In this document: positions 19,187 through 28,134 of the stretch, in pieces | Layout of the letters: each line of letters opens with the position of its first letter | How positions within the stretch are numbered: the stretch's first letter is position 1 | Assembly: GCA_036004405.1 (NCBI GenBank) | Contig: DASYRM010000065.1 | Location: 5,674 to 69,673, forward strand | Direction of reading: 5' to 3' | DNA: 64,000 nucleotides | DNA from: Vicinamibacterales bacterium | GTDB lineage: Bacteria > Acidobacteriota > Vicinamibacteria > Vicinamibacterales > UBA2999 | Translations under genes and position numbers: made by a program | The notes under the pieces: model-generated | Told to the model about the DNA's origin: nothing | Seen by the model: the letters and a program-made list of their open reading frames with translations, nothing else | Database searches by the model: none

Positions 19187-20400
19187 GACTTTGCTCCGTG
19201 GGCAACACTGCCCTTCACTTCTTCCCTGGCCCATTGAATCCACCGCCCCAGATCGGGGGCGATACCGCAGCCGTCGAGAAACCCGACGTCGAGGCGATGC
19301 TCGGCGCCCGGGGACGCCGCGTCGGGATCGGCCGCACTGACGAGGGCGTCGGCCAGATGCACGGCGGCGAGGAGGCGCCGTTCTCCGGCCTGCACCAGCC
19401 GCGGCGAGTGGTGGTAGGCCGCCGCCTCGACGATCGGAAACGGCAGCCCCCACATACCGAGCAGGTAGGCGCCGATGCCGGCGTGGCTGGCGCCGAAGGT
19501 CTCCTGCTCCACCTCGTGGTAGGCACGGCGCTCGGCACGCGCGCGGCGACGCACCTCGGCGAACTGCTCGCGCTGGCCGGCGGCCAGCACGATCTGGCCG
19601 ACGTCGTGCACGATTGCGGCGGTGAAGACGTCGGCGAGGTCCGCCTGACCGGCCACCAGCCGGCGCGCCAGCCGCGCCGTCTGCAGCGAATGCTGCTGGA
19701 GCCCCTCGAGCGAGAAACCCTCGAACGGCTTGATCTGCGCCGTACCGAACACCTGGCCGCCCAGTGCGAGGCCCTTGAGGATGTCGGCGCCCAGGTACTG
19801 CACGGCCTCGCGAATCGACGACAGCTCGCGCCGCAGGCCGAAGTAGGCCGAGTTGACGACCTGCAGCACCTTGGCGACGAGCGCCGGGTCCCGTTCGACG
19901 ATCTCGCTGATGTCGTCGAGCGTGGAGTTGGGCTCGGCCGCCGCGCGGGTGATGGCCAGGTACACGTGCGGGACGCTCGGCAGCCGGTTGAGGCCGGCAA
20001 TCATGCCGCGCAGGACGGGATCGTCCAGGTGGGCGTGCAGGCTGGTGGTGCGGTGGATGACCGCAATGAGCTGATCGGCCTCGAAGGGCTTGCTGAGGTA
20101 CTGGTGCGCCACCGGCAGCGCCCGCACGATGGCATCGCGCTCGGCGTGCCCGGACAGCACGATGCGGGCTGTCCCCGGGTAGAGGTCCCGCACCTGTTCG
20201 AGCAGGGCCGCGCCATCCATCCCCGGCATGCACATGTCGGACACGACCACGTCGGCGGCCTGGCGCGCGAGCTCGTCGAGCGCCGCCTCGGCGCCGACGG
20301 CAAACGCCATATCCCAGTCGTGGCGCTGGCGCCGCAGCACGTTGCGGAGCCCATCCAGAATGCTGGGTTCGTCGTCCACGAACAGAACCCGGGTCTTCAT
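19183..20400 (-). CDS. response regulator: REC + HDOD domain
   Basis: Starts MKTRVLFVDDEPSILDG at 20400, in an ATGA overlap with the kinase stop. REC motifs are VVSDMCMPGMDG and SKPF. The HDOD-like part reads ..VNSAYFGL..IREAVQYLG..HSL..AIVHDVGQIVL. Confidence 0.9.
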   Translation of the reverse strand: MKTRVLFVDDEPSILDGLRNVLRRQRHDWDMAFAVGAEAALDELARQAADVVVSDMCMPGMDGAALLEQVRDLYPGTARIVLSGHAERDAIVRALPVAHQYLSKPFEADQLIAVIHRTTSLHAHLDDPVLRGMIAGLNRLPSVPHVYLAITRAAAEPNSTLDDISEIVERDPALVAKVLQVVNSAYFGLRRELSSIREAVQYLGADILKGLALGGQVFGTAQIKPFEGFSLEGLQQHSLQTARLARRLVAGQADLADVFTAAIVHDVGQIVLAAGQREQFAEVRRRARAERRAYHEVEQETFGASHAGIGAYLLGMWGLPFPIVEAAAYHHSPRLVQAGERRLLAAVHLADALVSAADPDAASPGAEHRLDVGFLDGCGIAPDLGRWIQWAREEVKGSVAHGAKS

Positions 20401-23237
20401 GCCGCCGCCTCGCTTCGCGGCCCCTTGATGGGCAGCTTGATGGTGAAGGTCGTGCCGTGTCCGGGCTCGGTCTCGAACGAGACCTGCCCGTGGTGGCGAT
20501 CCGCCACGATGGTGCGGGCAATCGCCAGCCCCTGGCCAGTGCCCTTGCCGACGCCCTTGGTGGTGAAGAACGGATCGAAGACGTGGCCGCGGATCGCTTC
20601 CGGGATGCCGCCGCCGGTGTCGCTGATGCGAATCACCGCCCAGTCGCCTTCGCGGCAGGTCTCGATGCCGATTCGGCCCCGATAGCTCGTCCCGGCCACC
20701 ACGTCGCCGATGGCGTGGGCGGCGTTGACGATGATGTTCAGGACCACCTGGTTGATGTCGCCGCCGTGGCAGATCACCGGCGGCAACTCGCCGTAGTGCG
20801 CCTCGACGGCGGCCACGTACTTGTATTCGTTCTTCGCGATGATGAGAGTGCTGCGGATCCCCTGGTTCAGGTCCACCGCCACCATCTCCTTGCGATCGGG
20901 ATGCGCGAAGTCCTTCATCGACTTCACGATGGCTGTCACTCTGCCCAGCCCGTCGATGGAGCGGTCGATTGCGCCCGGCACGTGGTCGATGAGGTACTCG
21001 AGATCGGCTTCGCGTTCCGCCTCCGACACCTCGGCGGCCTTCTCGAGCACCGGTCCGCCGCTCAGCACGGTCCGGTGCAGGTCGCGGTATCTGGCGACCA
21101 GCACGAAGAGATCGCTCAACCCTTCCTTGAGGAACTGCACGCTGTCGGACACGAACTGCGCCGGCGTGTTGATCTCGTGCGCGACGCCGGCGGCCAGGCG
21201 GCCCACCGACTCGAGTTTCTGCGCCTGTTGCAGCTCCATCTCGAGCTGCTTGCGATCGCGGATGTCGATGGCGATGTGAATGGCGCCGACGCGGGCGGGC
21301 GCCTGGGTGGCGAGTTGGGCCGACGACAAGAGCACCGGCACGCGCTCGCCGGACGCGGTCAGCAGCGTGCCCTCGCCGCGCACGATGGGCGATTCGCCGT
21401 CGTCCACGTGCTGCCACGCAAACACGGCCCCGAGCGGCGAACCGGTCAACTCCGACACGGGACGGCCGACGAGCGTTGAGGCCGCCTCGTTACAGAGATG
21501 GATCTGCCCCTGGCCGTCGGACACGAAGAGCGCGCCGGGCAGAGCCGCGAGCACGTTCTCGAGGAACTGCGTCGTGGTGGTGAGTTCAGAGGTGCGCTGC
21601 TCGACCTTCTCTTCGAGCATCTCGGTGAGCTGCTCCAGATTGTGGTTGGCCCCCTCGCCGTCGGCCAGCGCCCGCTCGAGTTGCGCGTACGATTCGCGCA
21701 GGCGGTGCTGCATGCCGTTGACGTCGCGCGTGAGGGCGACGATTTCGGCGGGCGCCTGCGCCGGCAGCGGCAGGGTCTCGGCAGTACCGAGCGACAGGTG
21801 CCGCATAAAGCCCACGAGTTCCTCGAGCGGCGCCGTCACGGTGGCCGCAAACAGGCGGGCGCCCACCGCGGACGCGAGGAGCGCGACAAAGACCAGCGCC
21901 AGCGTGATCAGGAAGTAGACCGGGACGTCGGAGGCGACCACAACCTCGGGCTGCTGCACGTACACCGTCCACCCTGTCGTCGCCATGACGGCGCGGGCAC
22001 CCAGCTGCACCGTCCGCTCGCCGTCGCCGTCCGGATCGTAGGAGTAGGCGTGATCCATCGTGGCGCCTGCGGCCTGGCGCACCATCGGCGACTCGGACAG
22101 GTCGTCGCCGTTGCGGTGGCCGAGGCCCGGGCTGGTGTAGATGACGCGGTTCGTACGGTCGAGCATCACCACCGTGCTGTTCGGGAGGGTCAGATACGAC
22201 TCGACGAAGTATTGGAAGGCCGTCAGCCGCAACGAGGCGTGGGCCACGCCCGTCAGGCGACCGTCGGAGGTCAGGATGGCGGCGCCCAGGAACACCAGCG
22301 GCGCTCCGGTGAGCGGCGACGGCGTCACATCTGAAATGGCGACCTGCGGCCGTCGGTTGACTGCGTCGCTGAAGAACGGCCGATCGCCCACCGACAGGCC
22401 GGGCCGCCGGAACGAGAGCGGCTGAATGTGCTGCACGACGCCGCTGGCATCGGCAATGGCCACGGCGCTGAAGTCTGGATAGATCCGGGCTTGTCGCTCG
22501 AGTACCAGCTCCAGTTGCGACGGGACCGTGCCCATGTCGAGCGACGCCGCCAGCGCCGCGATGCCGGATACGTGCGCGTCGACGTAGGAGTTGACGCGTT
22601 CGGCGAGCGACACGGCGGTGTCGTTCAACCGCGCGTCGGCTTCCTCGTGCTGCCGCGCCGAGAAGAACTCGCCACTCACCGTGCTGACGATGAGGATCGG
22701 AAGCACCGCCGCCAGCACGAACGCATGGCGGATGAGCGCGCGCAGCGGCCGGGGGCCGGGGTCGCGCGACAGGTCGGGCCTCAGGCGGACGACCGCGGCC
22801 ACGACGAGATCCGACAGCACGGGCGCTACCAGCAGCACGAGCACGCGCTCGAACGCCACGGGAATCGTGCGCCACGTCAGTGCGTCGAGCCCGTGGATGC
22901 CGGGAAACGCCACCACCGATGCCGCCAGGAGGAGCGCAACGAGCAGGCGCGCCACGAGGGGCGTCCGCAGGCGCGCGGTCGCGACCCCGAGCACCAAGGC
23001 CTCGATAACGAAGAGCGCCATCAGGCCCGGATGCGAATGCGTCGCCGGCCATGCCGACACCGCCGCCGCGAGCGCGCCAAGCCAGGGCCCGAACAGGACG
23101 GCCACCGGCAGCGTCACGGCGCGACCCGGCCACGCGCGCACCAGGCTTTCGATGTAGCCGGAATTGAGCGCGAACCCGAGAGCGGCGACGGCGACGGTAA
23201 GTGCCGCGTGCAGCGAGAACTGGCGTCGGTAGACCAT
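20397..23237 (-). CDS. sensor histidine kinase (multi-TM N-terminus, Cache-like periplasmic domain, HAMP, PAS, HisKA, HATPase_c)
   Basis: 946 aa. The N-terminal ~180 aa are hydrophobic, followed by an extracytoplasmic segment, a second TM (YFLITLALVFVALLASAV) and a coiled coil. The H-box is AAGVAHEINTP. ATPase motifs are DTGGGIPE and GKGTGQGLAIA. Confidence 0.9.
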   Translation of the reverse strand: MVYRRQFSLHAALTVAVAALGFALNSGYIESLVRAWPGRAVTLPVAVLFGPWLGALAAAVSAWPATHSHPGLMALFVIEALVLGVATARLRTPLVARLLVALLLAASVVAFPGIHGLDALTWRTIPVAFERVLVLLVAPVLSDLVVAAVVRLRPDLSRDPGPRPLRALIRHAFVLAAVLPILIVSTVSGEFFSARQHEEADARLNDTAVSLAERVNSYVDAHVSGIAALAASLDMGTVPSQLELVLERQARIYPDFSAVAIADASGVVQHIQPLSFRRPGLSVGDRPFFSDAVNRRPQVAISDVTPSPLTGAPLVFLGAAILTSDGRLTGVAHASLRLTAFQYFVESYLTLPNSTVVMLDRTNRVIYTSPGLGHRNGDDLSESPMVRQAAGATMDHAYSYDPDGDGERTVQLGARAVMATTGWTVYVQQPEVVVASDVPVYFLITLALVFVALLASAVGARLFAATVTAPLEELVGFMRHLSLGTAETLPLPAQAPAEIVALTRDVNGMQHRLRESYAQLERALADGEGANHNLEQLTEMLEEKVEQRTSELTTTTQFLENVLAALPGALFVSDGQGQIHLCNEAASTLVGRPVSELTGSPLGAVFAWQHVDDGESPIVRGEGTLLTASGERVPVLLSSAQLATQAPARVGAIHIAIDIRDRKQLEMELQQAQKLESVGRLAAGVAHEINTPAQFVSDSVQFLKEGLSDLFVLVARYRDLHRTVLSGGPVLEKAAEVSEAEREADLEYLIDHVPGAIDRSIDGLGRVTAIVKSMKDFAHPDRKEMVAVDLNQGIRSTLIIAKNEYKYVAAVEAHYGELPPVICHGGDINQVVLNIIVNAAHAIGDVVAGTSYRGRIGIETCREGDWAVIRISDTGGGIPEAIRGHVFDPFFTTKGVGKGTGQGLAIARTIVADRHHGQVSFETEPGHGTTFTIKLPIKGPRSEAAA

Positions 23238-23316
23238 CGATTTCTGACAGCGGAGCGCGGGGGCGTCCGCTCCGGAAATCGGCAGGGTAGAAACGAATCT
23301 TGAGCTGAATTGGTCA

Positions 23317-23334
23317 GCGGGGCTGAAGCCCCGC
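23317..23334. repeat. GC hairpin GCGGGGC-TGAA-GCCCCGC, loose member of the REP-like family; possible terminator of the GT2 gene
   Basis: 7-bp perfect stem with a 4-nt loop, read directly from the sequence. It lies 58 nt downstream of the stop of the minus-strand GT2 gene. No clear U-tract follows. Confidence 0.4.
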
Positions 23335-23391
23335 CGCTACTTAACCGGACCGGTCTACGGTTGAGTCAGGACCGGAAAAGCGGGCCCTGCC

Positions 23392-24888
23392 CTACTCGCC
23401 TTCAGTGGCGGGGGTCAGTTCGACGGCGTCGTCGCCTGCGTACTGCTGGATGATCGACAGCAGGCCCGTGTAGAGGAACCCGATCTGGAAGAGCACGAGG
23501 AACGGCACGGTGCCGAAGATGCCGTTGGCGAGCGCGTAGAACACCGTGGCCGTGAAGTAGAGACCGAGCGCCAGCTCGATGATCGGCTGCACGACGAAGT
23601 TCTGGCGGTACTTCTTGCCGATCCACTCGTCGGTACCCGCCTCGATGCGGTACTTCGGCGTGCGCGCGAACTCGGTCTGCTTGTTGAAGAGCGCCTCGAA
23701 GACCGCCTTCGTGTTGTTCACCGTCAACCCGATGCCGATCGACATCAGGAAGGGGAGATACTTCAGCCGGGTCATCCAGTCGTGGTGCAGCTCGCGCTGG
23801 CAGACCATGTAGAAGTTGGCCACCGACGCGGTGGCCGCGAAAAACAGCGGCACGTCGATCAGCAGCATCTCGTACCAGCCCATGTTGTAGCGGATCACCA
23901 TCGACGGGGCCATCAGCACCGACAGCACGCACATGAGCGGGTAGTTGAAGTTGGCCGTGAGGTGGAAGAACGCTTCGGCCTTCTCCCTGAACGAGATGTT
24001 CGAGCGGAGGATCTGCGGCAACAGCTTGCGGCAGGTCTGGATCGACCCCTTCGCCCAGCGGTGCTGCTGCGACTTGAACGAGTTCATCTCGACCGGCAGC
24101 TCGGCCGGCGCGATCAGATTCGGCAGGAAGACGAAGTGCCAGCCGCGCAGCTGGGCGCGGTAGCTGAGATCGAGGTCCTCGGTCAGCGTGTCGTGCTGCC
24201 ACCCGCCCGCGTCGGCAATCGCGTCGCGGCGCCAGATGCCGGCGGTGCCGTTGAAGTTGAAAAAGAGGCCCGCGCGGTTGCGCCCACCGTGCTCGAGCAC
24301 GAAGTGCGCGTCGAGCAGGATCGACTGGATCTTCGTGAGCAGCGAGTAATCCTGGTTGATGTGGCCCCAGCGCGCCTGCACCATCGCCACCTTCGGATCG
24401 ACGAAGAACGGCACGGTCCGCATGAGGAAGTCTTCGGTGGGGATGAAGTCGGCGTCGAAGATGGCGATGAACTCGCCCTTGGCCGCCCTCATGCCCGCCT
24501 CGAGCGCGCCCGCCTTGTAGCCGGTGCGGTCGGTGCGGTGCAGGTACTTGATGTCTACGCCCTTGGCGGCGTTGCGGCGCACGGCCTGCTCGGCCACGCT
24601 GCGGGTCTCGTCCGTGGAGTCGTCCAGGACCTGGATTTCGAGCAAATCACTCGGGTATTCGATCTTGCAGACCGCGTCGATCAGCCGGTCTGCCACGTAC
24701 ATCTCGTTGTAGATCGGGAGCTGGATCGTGACGACCGGCAGCGCCGTCATCGGGCCGGCTGGCACCGGCATCTTGTCCTTGTTCTTCATGTACAGGTACA
24801 CCAGGTAGTAGCGGTGCCACCCGTACACGGCAAGAATGACCAGCACGAAGAAATACGTCGCGAGTGTGAGAGTCTCTGATGGGGTCAT
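23392..24888 (-). CDS. processive family-2 glycosyltransferase (cellulose-synthase-like / CslA-like beta-glycan synthase)
   Basis: The internal ATG at 24888 gives MTPSETLTLATYFFVLVILAVYGW (TM). GT2 motifs are QLPIYNE, QVLDDSTD, FDADF and QQHRWAKG (QxxRW), followed by C-terminal TM helices. Confidence 0.9.
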   Translation of the reverse strand: MTPSETLTLATYFFVLVILAVYGWHRYYLVYLYMKNKDKMPVPAGPMTALPVVTIQLPIYNEMYVADRLIDAVCKIEYPSDLLEIQVLDDSTDETRSVAEQAVRRNAAKGVDIKYLHRTDRTGYKAGALEAGMRAAKGEFIAIFDADFIPTEDFLMRTVPFFVDPKVAMVQARWGHINQDYSLLTKIQSILLDAHFVLEHGGRNRAGLFFNFNGTAGIWRRDAIADAGGWQHDTLTEDLDLSYRAQLRGWHFVFLPNLIAPAELPVEMNSFKSQQHRWAKGSIQTCRKLLPQILRSNISFREKAEAFFHLTANFNYPLMCVLSVLMAPSMVIRYNMGWYEMLLIDVPLFFAATASVANFYMVCQRELHHDWMTRLKYLPFLMSIGIGLTVNNTKAVFEALFNKQTEFARTPKYRIEAGTDEWIGKKYRQNFVVQPIIELALGLYFTATVFYALANGIFGTVPFLVLFQIGFLYTGLLSIIQQYAGDDAVELTPATEGE

Positions 24889-24962
24889 TCCAGGCTCAGA
24901 CAAACGATGAACACGACGACCGATTATATGGCAAGCGCTCCCCGCCTTCGCTTTTTGCTCGC

Positions 24963-25721
24963 ATGACCGCACAAGAGCTCCACGCGCTTCTTGAAGAGGT
25001 TCGCGCCGGGAAAACCGACCCGGCCGATGCCGCCCGGCGTGTGACCGACGCCATGTGCGCGGCGCCCTTCGACGATCTGGGCTTTGCGCGCGTGGACACG
25101 CACCGTCATGTGCGTCAGGGCTTTCCCGAAGTGATCCTGGGCACCGGCAAGACGCCGGCGCAGATTGCGGCCATCGCCGCTCGCATCGACACGCAGGGGC
25201 ACAGCCTGCTGGTCACGCGCGCCACGCGGGAGGCCTACGACGCCGTGCGCGCGGTGGTGCCCGATGCGGAGTTTCGCGAAGAGGCGCGGGCCATCGTGGC
25301 GCAGCGCGGAGACATTGCCGCCGGCACCGGCACGGTGCTGGTGTTGTGCGCGGGCACCTCCGACCTGCCGGTCGCCGAAGAAGCAGCCGTCACCGCCGAG
25401 GTGATGGGCAACACGGTGGAGCGGCTCTACGACGTCGGCGTCGCCGGACTGCACCGGCTGCTCGGCGAGTACGAACGTCTGCGGGCTGCGCGCGTGCTGA
25501 TCGTCGTCGCGGGCATGGAGGGCGCGCTGCCGAGCGTGGTCGCGGGGCTGGTGCAGGCGCCGGTGGTTGCCGTGCCCACGAGCGTCGGCTACGGCGCAAG
25601 CTTCGGAGGCGTTGCCGCGCTCCTGGCCATGCTGAACAGCTGCGCCAACGGCGTCTCGGTGGTGAACATCGACAACGGCTTCGGCGCCGCCTGCGTCGCG
25701 TCAGCAATCACGCATGGCTGA
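24963..25721 (+). CDS. larB: LarB-like (AIR-carboxylase/PurE-related) nickel-pincer cofactor biosynthesis protein
   Basis: ATG 24963. Contains ARVDTHRHVRQGFPEVILGTGKT, LCAGTSDLPVAEEA and VVAGMEGALPSVVAGL, which match the LarB / NCAIR-mutase-related family pattern. Confidence 0.8.
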   Translation: MTAQELHALLEEVRAGKTDPADAARRVTDAMCAAPFDDLGFARVDTHRHVRQGFPEVILGTGKTPAQIAAIAARIDTQGHSLLVTRATREAYDAVRAVVPDAEFREEARAIVAQRGDIAAGTGTVLVLCAGTSDLPVAEEAAVTAEVMGNTVERLYDVGVAGLHRLLGEYERLRAARVLIVVAGMEGALPSVVAGLVQAPVVAVPTSVGYGASFGGVAALLAMLNSCANGVSVVNIDNGFGAACVASAITHG

Positions 25722-28122
25722 GATTTCTGCGGTCACGCTGCGCGCCATCGAGTTCGACCGCATCGTGTCGATCGTCGCGGGCCTCGCGGTCACGCCGAGT
25801 GGACGCGAGCGGCTCGAGGCGATGGCACCGATGACGGAGCCGTCGCGCGTGGCCGCGGCACAGGCGGCTACGAGCGAGGGCGTGCGCTTCCTGGCGGTGT
25901 CGCCCGGCTTTCCGCTGCGCGCGCCGTCGGAGCTCGAGGCGATCCTGGACGGCCTGCAGATCGAAGGACGCGCGCTGGAACCGCTCGGCCTGCTGGGTCT
26001 CGCCGACTATCTCGAGTCGATCGAAGCCACGCGCCGCGTCGTCGCCTCGGCCACCGAGCCGTATCCGATCCTGAAGCGGCTGGTTGAAGCGATCGCGTCG
26101 TTCGGCGGCGAAATCGCCGCGGTGCGGCGCAAGATCGAACCCTCCGGCGAAGTGGCCGACAACGCCAGCCCGGCGCTCGCGAGCATTCGCGACCGCCTGC
26201 GCCGGCAGAAGTCGAAGCTGCGATCGACGCTCGAATCGTTCCTGCGCGAGCGCGACACCGCGAAGTACCTGCAGGAGCAGGTCGTCACCGACCGCAACGG
26301 GCGCTACGTGCTGATGGTGCGCGCCGAGCACCGCGGGTCGATTCCCGGCATCGTACACGGCGCCTCGGCCAGCGGCCAGAGCCTGTTCCTGGAACCGCTC
26401 GGCACCGTGGAGATCAACAACGACGTCGTCGAGCTCGAGGAAAAGGAAGCCGTCGAAGTACGGCGCATCCTGCTCGAGCTCACCGACACCTTCCGGGCCC
26501 GTCCCGAGGATCTCGAGCGGACCTTCGAGATGGCCACCGAGCTCGACACCATCCAGGCGCGGGCGCGATTCTCGCAGACGACCGGCGGCGTCGAGCCGCT
26601 GATCGTCCCCGACGGCGCGTTCGAGCTGCGCGCGGCGCGGCATCCGCTCCTGACCTCGAAAGCCGTGCCGGTGGACGTGCTGATGACGCCGCCCACCCGC
26701 GTGTTGATCATCGCGGGGCCGAACACCGGCGGCAAGACCGTGGCGCTCAAAACCGCGGGCCTCTTTGCGGCGATGGCGCAGGCGGGCCTGCACCTCCCCG
26801 CCGACAAGGGCACGAAGCTGCCGGTCTTCAAGAGCCTGTTCGCCGACATCGGCGACGAGCAGTCGATCTCCGCCAGCCTCAGCACCTTCTCCGCGCACAT
26901 CACCAACGTCGTCTCGATGGACCGCGGCCTGGCGCTGCCGGCGCTCGTGCTCCTCGACGAGGTGGGCGCGGGCACCGACCCGGCCGAGGGCGGGGCGCTC
27001 GGCACGGCGGTCATCGACCACTTCCGGAAGCGCGGCGCGCACCTGGTGGCGACCACCCACTTCGACGTGCTCAAGACGTACGCGTCCACCACCGAGGGGG
27101 TCGAGAGCGCCGCCTTCGGCTTCGACCCTTCCACGTTCGCGCCCACCTACCGCCTCGTGTACGGCTCGCCCGGCCGCAGCCTCGCCATCGAGATCGCGTC
27201 GCGCCTGGGGATGCCGGCCAGCGTCGTCGCCGCCGCGCGCGGCAACCTGTCGGAGCGCGAGTCGCAGCTGCAGGCCCATCTCGACCGGGTGGACAGCGAG
27301 CTGCACGGGCTCGAAGCCGAACGCCGCGCCGTCACCCAGGAACGCGCGGCGCTGGCGGAGAACGAACGCAAACTGCGGTCGCGCGAGGCGGCGGTGAAGG
27401 ATCGCGAGCTCGCGGCCCGCCGGCGGCTCGAGGCAAAGCTCGACGATCAGGTGCGCCAGGCCCGCAAGGAGATCGACGCCATCATCGAAGGGCTGAAGGC
27501 CAAGGCGACCGTGCTGCGCGACAAGACCGGGCAGCGCTCGGCCCCCGCCATCAGCACGGGCGTGGCCGGTGCGGCGCGGGCCGAAGCGCGCGACGCGCTC
27601 GACGCCGCGCTGGCCAGGGTGAAGGATGGCGCCGGCGAGCTGCCCGCGCCGGAGCCGGCGGAGCCGGCGAAGCCGGGCGAGCTCCAGGTCGGCTCGCGAG
27701 TGGAGGTCGCTCCGTTCGGGCTCACGGGGGTGGTGCTCGAACTCCACGGCAAGCACGCGGACATCGACATGAACGGCAAGCGGCTGCGAGCTACGGTGGC
27801 CGACTTGCGCGTGATCAGCGGGCCGGCCGCCAGGGCGGCCGTGCGCGTGAACGTGGAGCTGCAGCCGCGCTCGGGTTCGCTGTCCGAACTGAACCTGATC
27901 GGCTGCACCGTGGACGAAGCGCTCGAGCGGGCAGGGCGGTTCCTGGACGAGACGATGTTCACCGATCAACGATCGGTACGCGTGGTGCACGGCTACGGCA
28001 CCGGGCAGCTGCGCCGCGCGATCGCCGGCTTCCTCAAGCATCATCCGCTCGTCGCCCACTTCGAGGAAGCGCCCCCGGGCCAGGGCGGCGGCGGCGTGAC
28101 CGTGGTCGAGCTCAAGGAGTAG
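25714..28122 (+). CDS. mutS2: endonuclease MutS2 (MutS domain V ATPase + C-terminal Smr)
   Basis: Walker A is IIAGPNTGGKTVALKT. Also LLDEVGAGTDPAEG, and the C-terminal Smr segment VRVVHGYGTGQLRRAI. An 8-nt overlap joins it to larB. Confidence 0.95.
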   Translation: MAEISAVTLRAIEFDRIVSIVAGLAVTPSGRERLEAMAPMTEPSRVAAAQAATSEGVRFLAVSPGFPLRAPSELEAILDGLQIEGRALEPLGLLGLADYLESIEATRRVVASATEPYPILKRLVEAIASFGGEIAAVRRKIEPSGEVADNASPALASIRDRLRRQKSKLRSTLESFLRERDTAKYLQEQVVTDRNGRYVLMVRAEHRGSIPGIVHGASASGQSLFLEPLGTVEINNDVVELEEKEAVEVRRILLELTDTFRARPEDLERTFEMATELDTIQARARFSQTTGGVEPLIVPDGAFELRAARHPLLTSKAVPVDVLMTPPTRVLIIAGPNTGGKTVALKTAGLFAAMAQAGLHLPADKGTKLPVFKSLFADIGDEQSISASLSTFSAHITNVVSMDRGLALPALVLLDEVGAGTDPAEGGALGTAVIDHFRKRGAHLVATTHFDVLKTYASTTEGVESAAFGFDPSTFAPTYRLVYGSPGRSLAIEIASRLGMPASVVAAARGNLSERESQLQAHLDRVDSELHGLEAERRAVTQERAALAENERKLRSREAAVKDRELAARRRLEAKLDDQVRQARKEIDAIIEGLKAKATVLRDKTGQRSAPAISTGVAGAARAEARDALDAALARVKDGAGELPAPEPAEPAKPGELQVGSRVEVAPFGLTGVVLELHGKHADIDMNGKRLRATVADLRVISGPAARAAVRVNVELQPRSGSLSELNLIGCTVDEALERAGRFLDETMFTDQRSVRVVHGYGTGQLRRAIAGFLKHHPLVAHFEEAPPGQGGGGVTVVELKE

Positions 28123-28134
28123 AGTTCCCTTCCC

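Noticed and set aside
18005-21417. Over-long versions of the two response-regulator ORFs (838 aa and 744 aa)
   Set aside because: The N-terminal extensions are Arg/Pro/Gly-rich read-through of the upstream gene in another frame. Canonical REC N-termini (MKTRVLFVDDEP, MMANAPLPVVLCVDDEP) start at ATGA overlap junctions.
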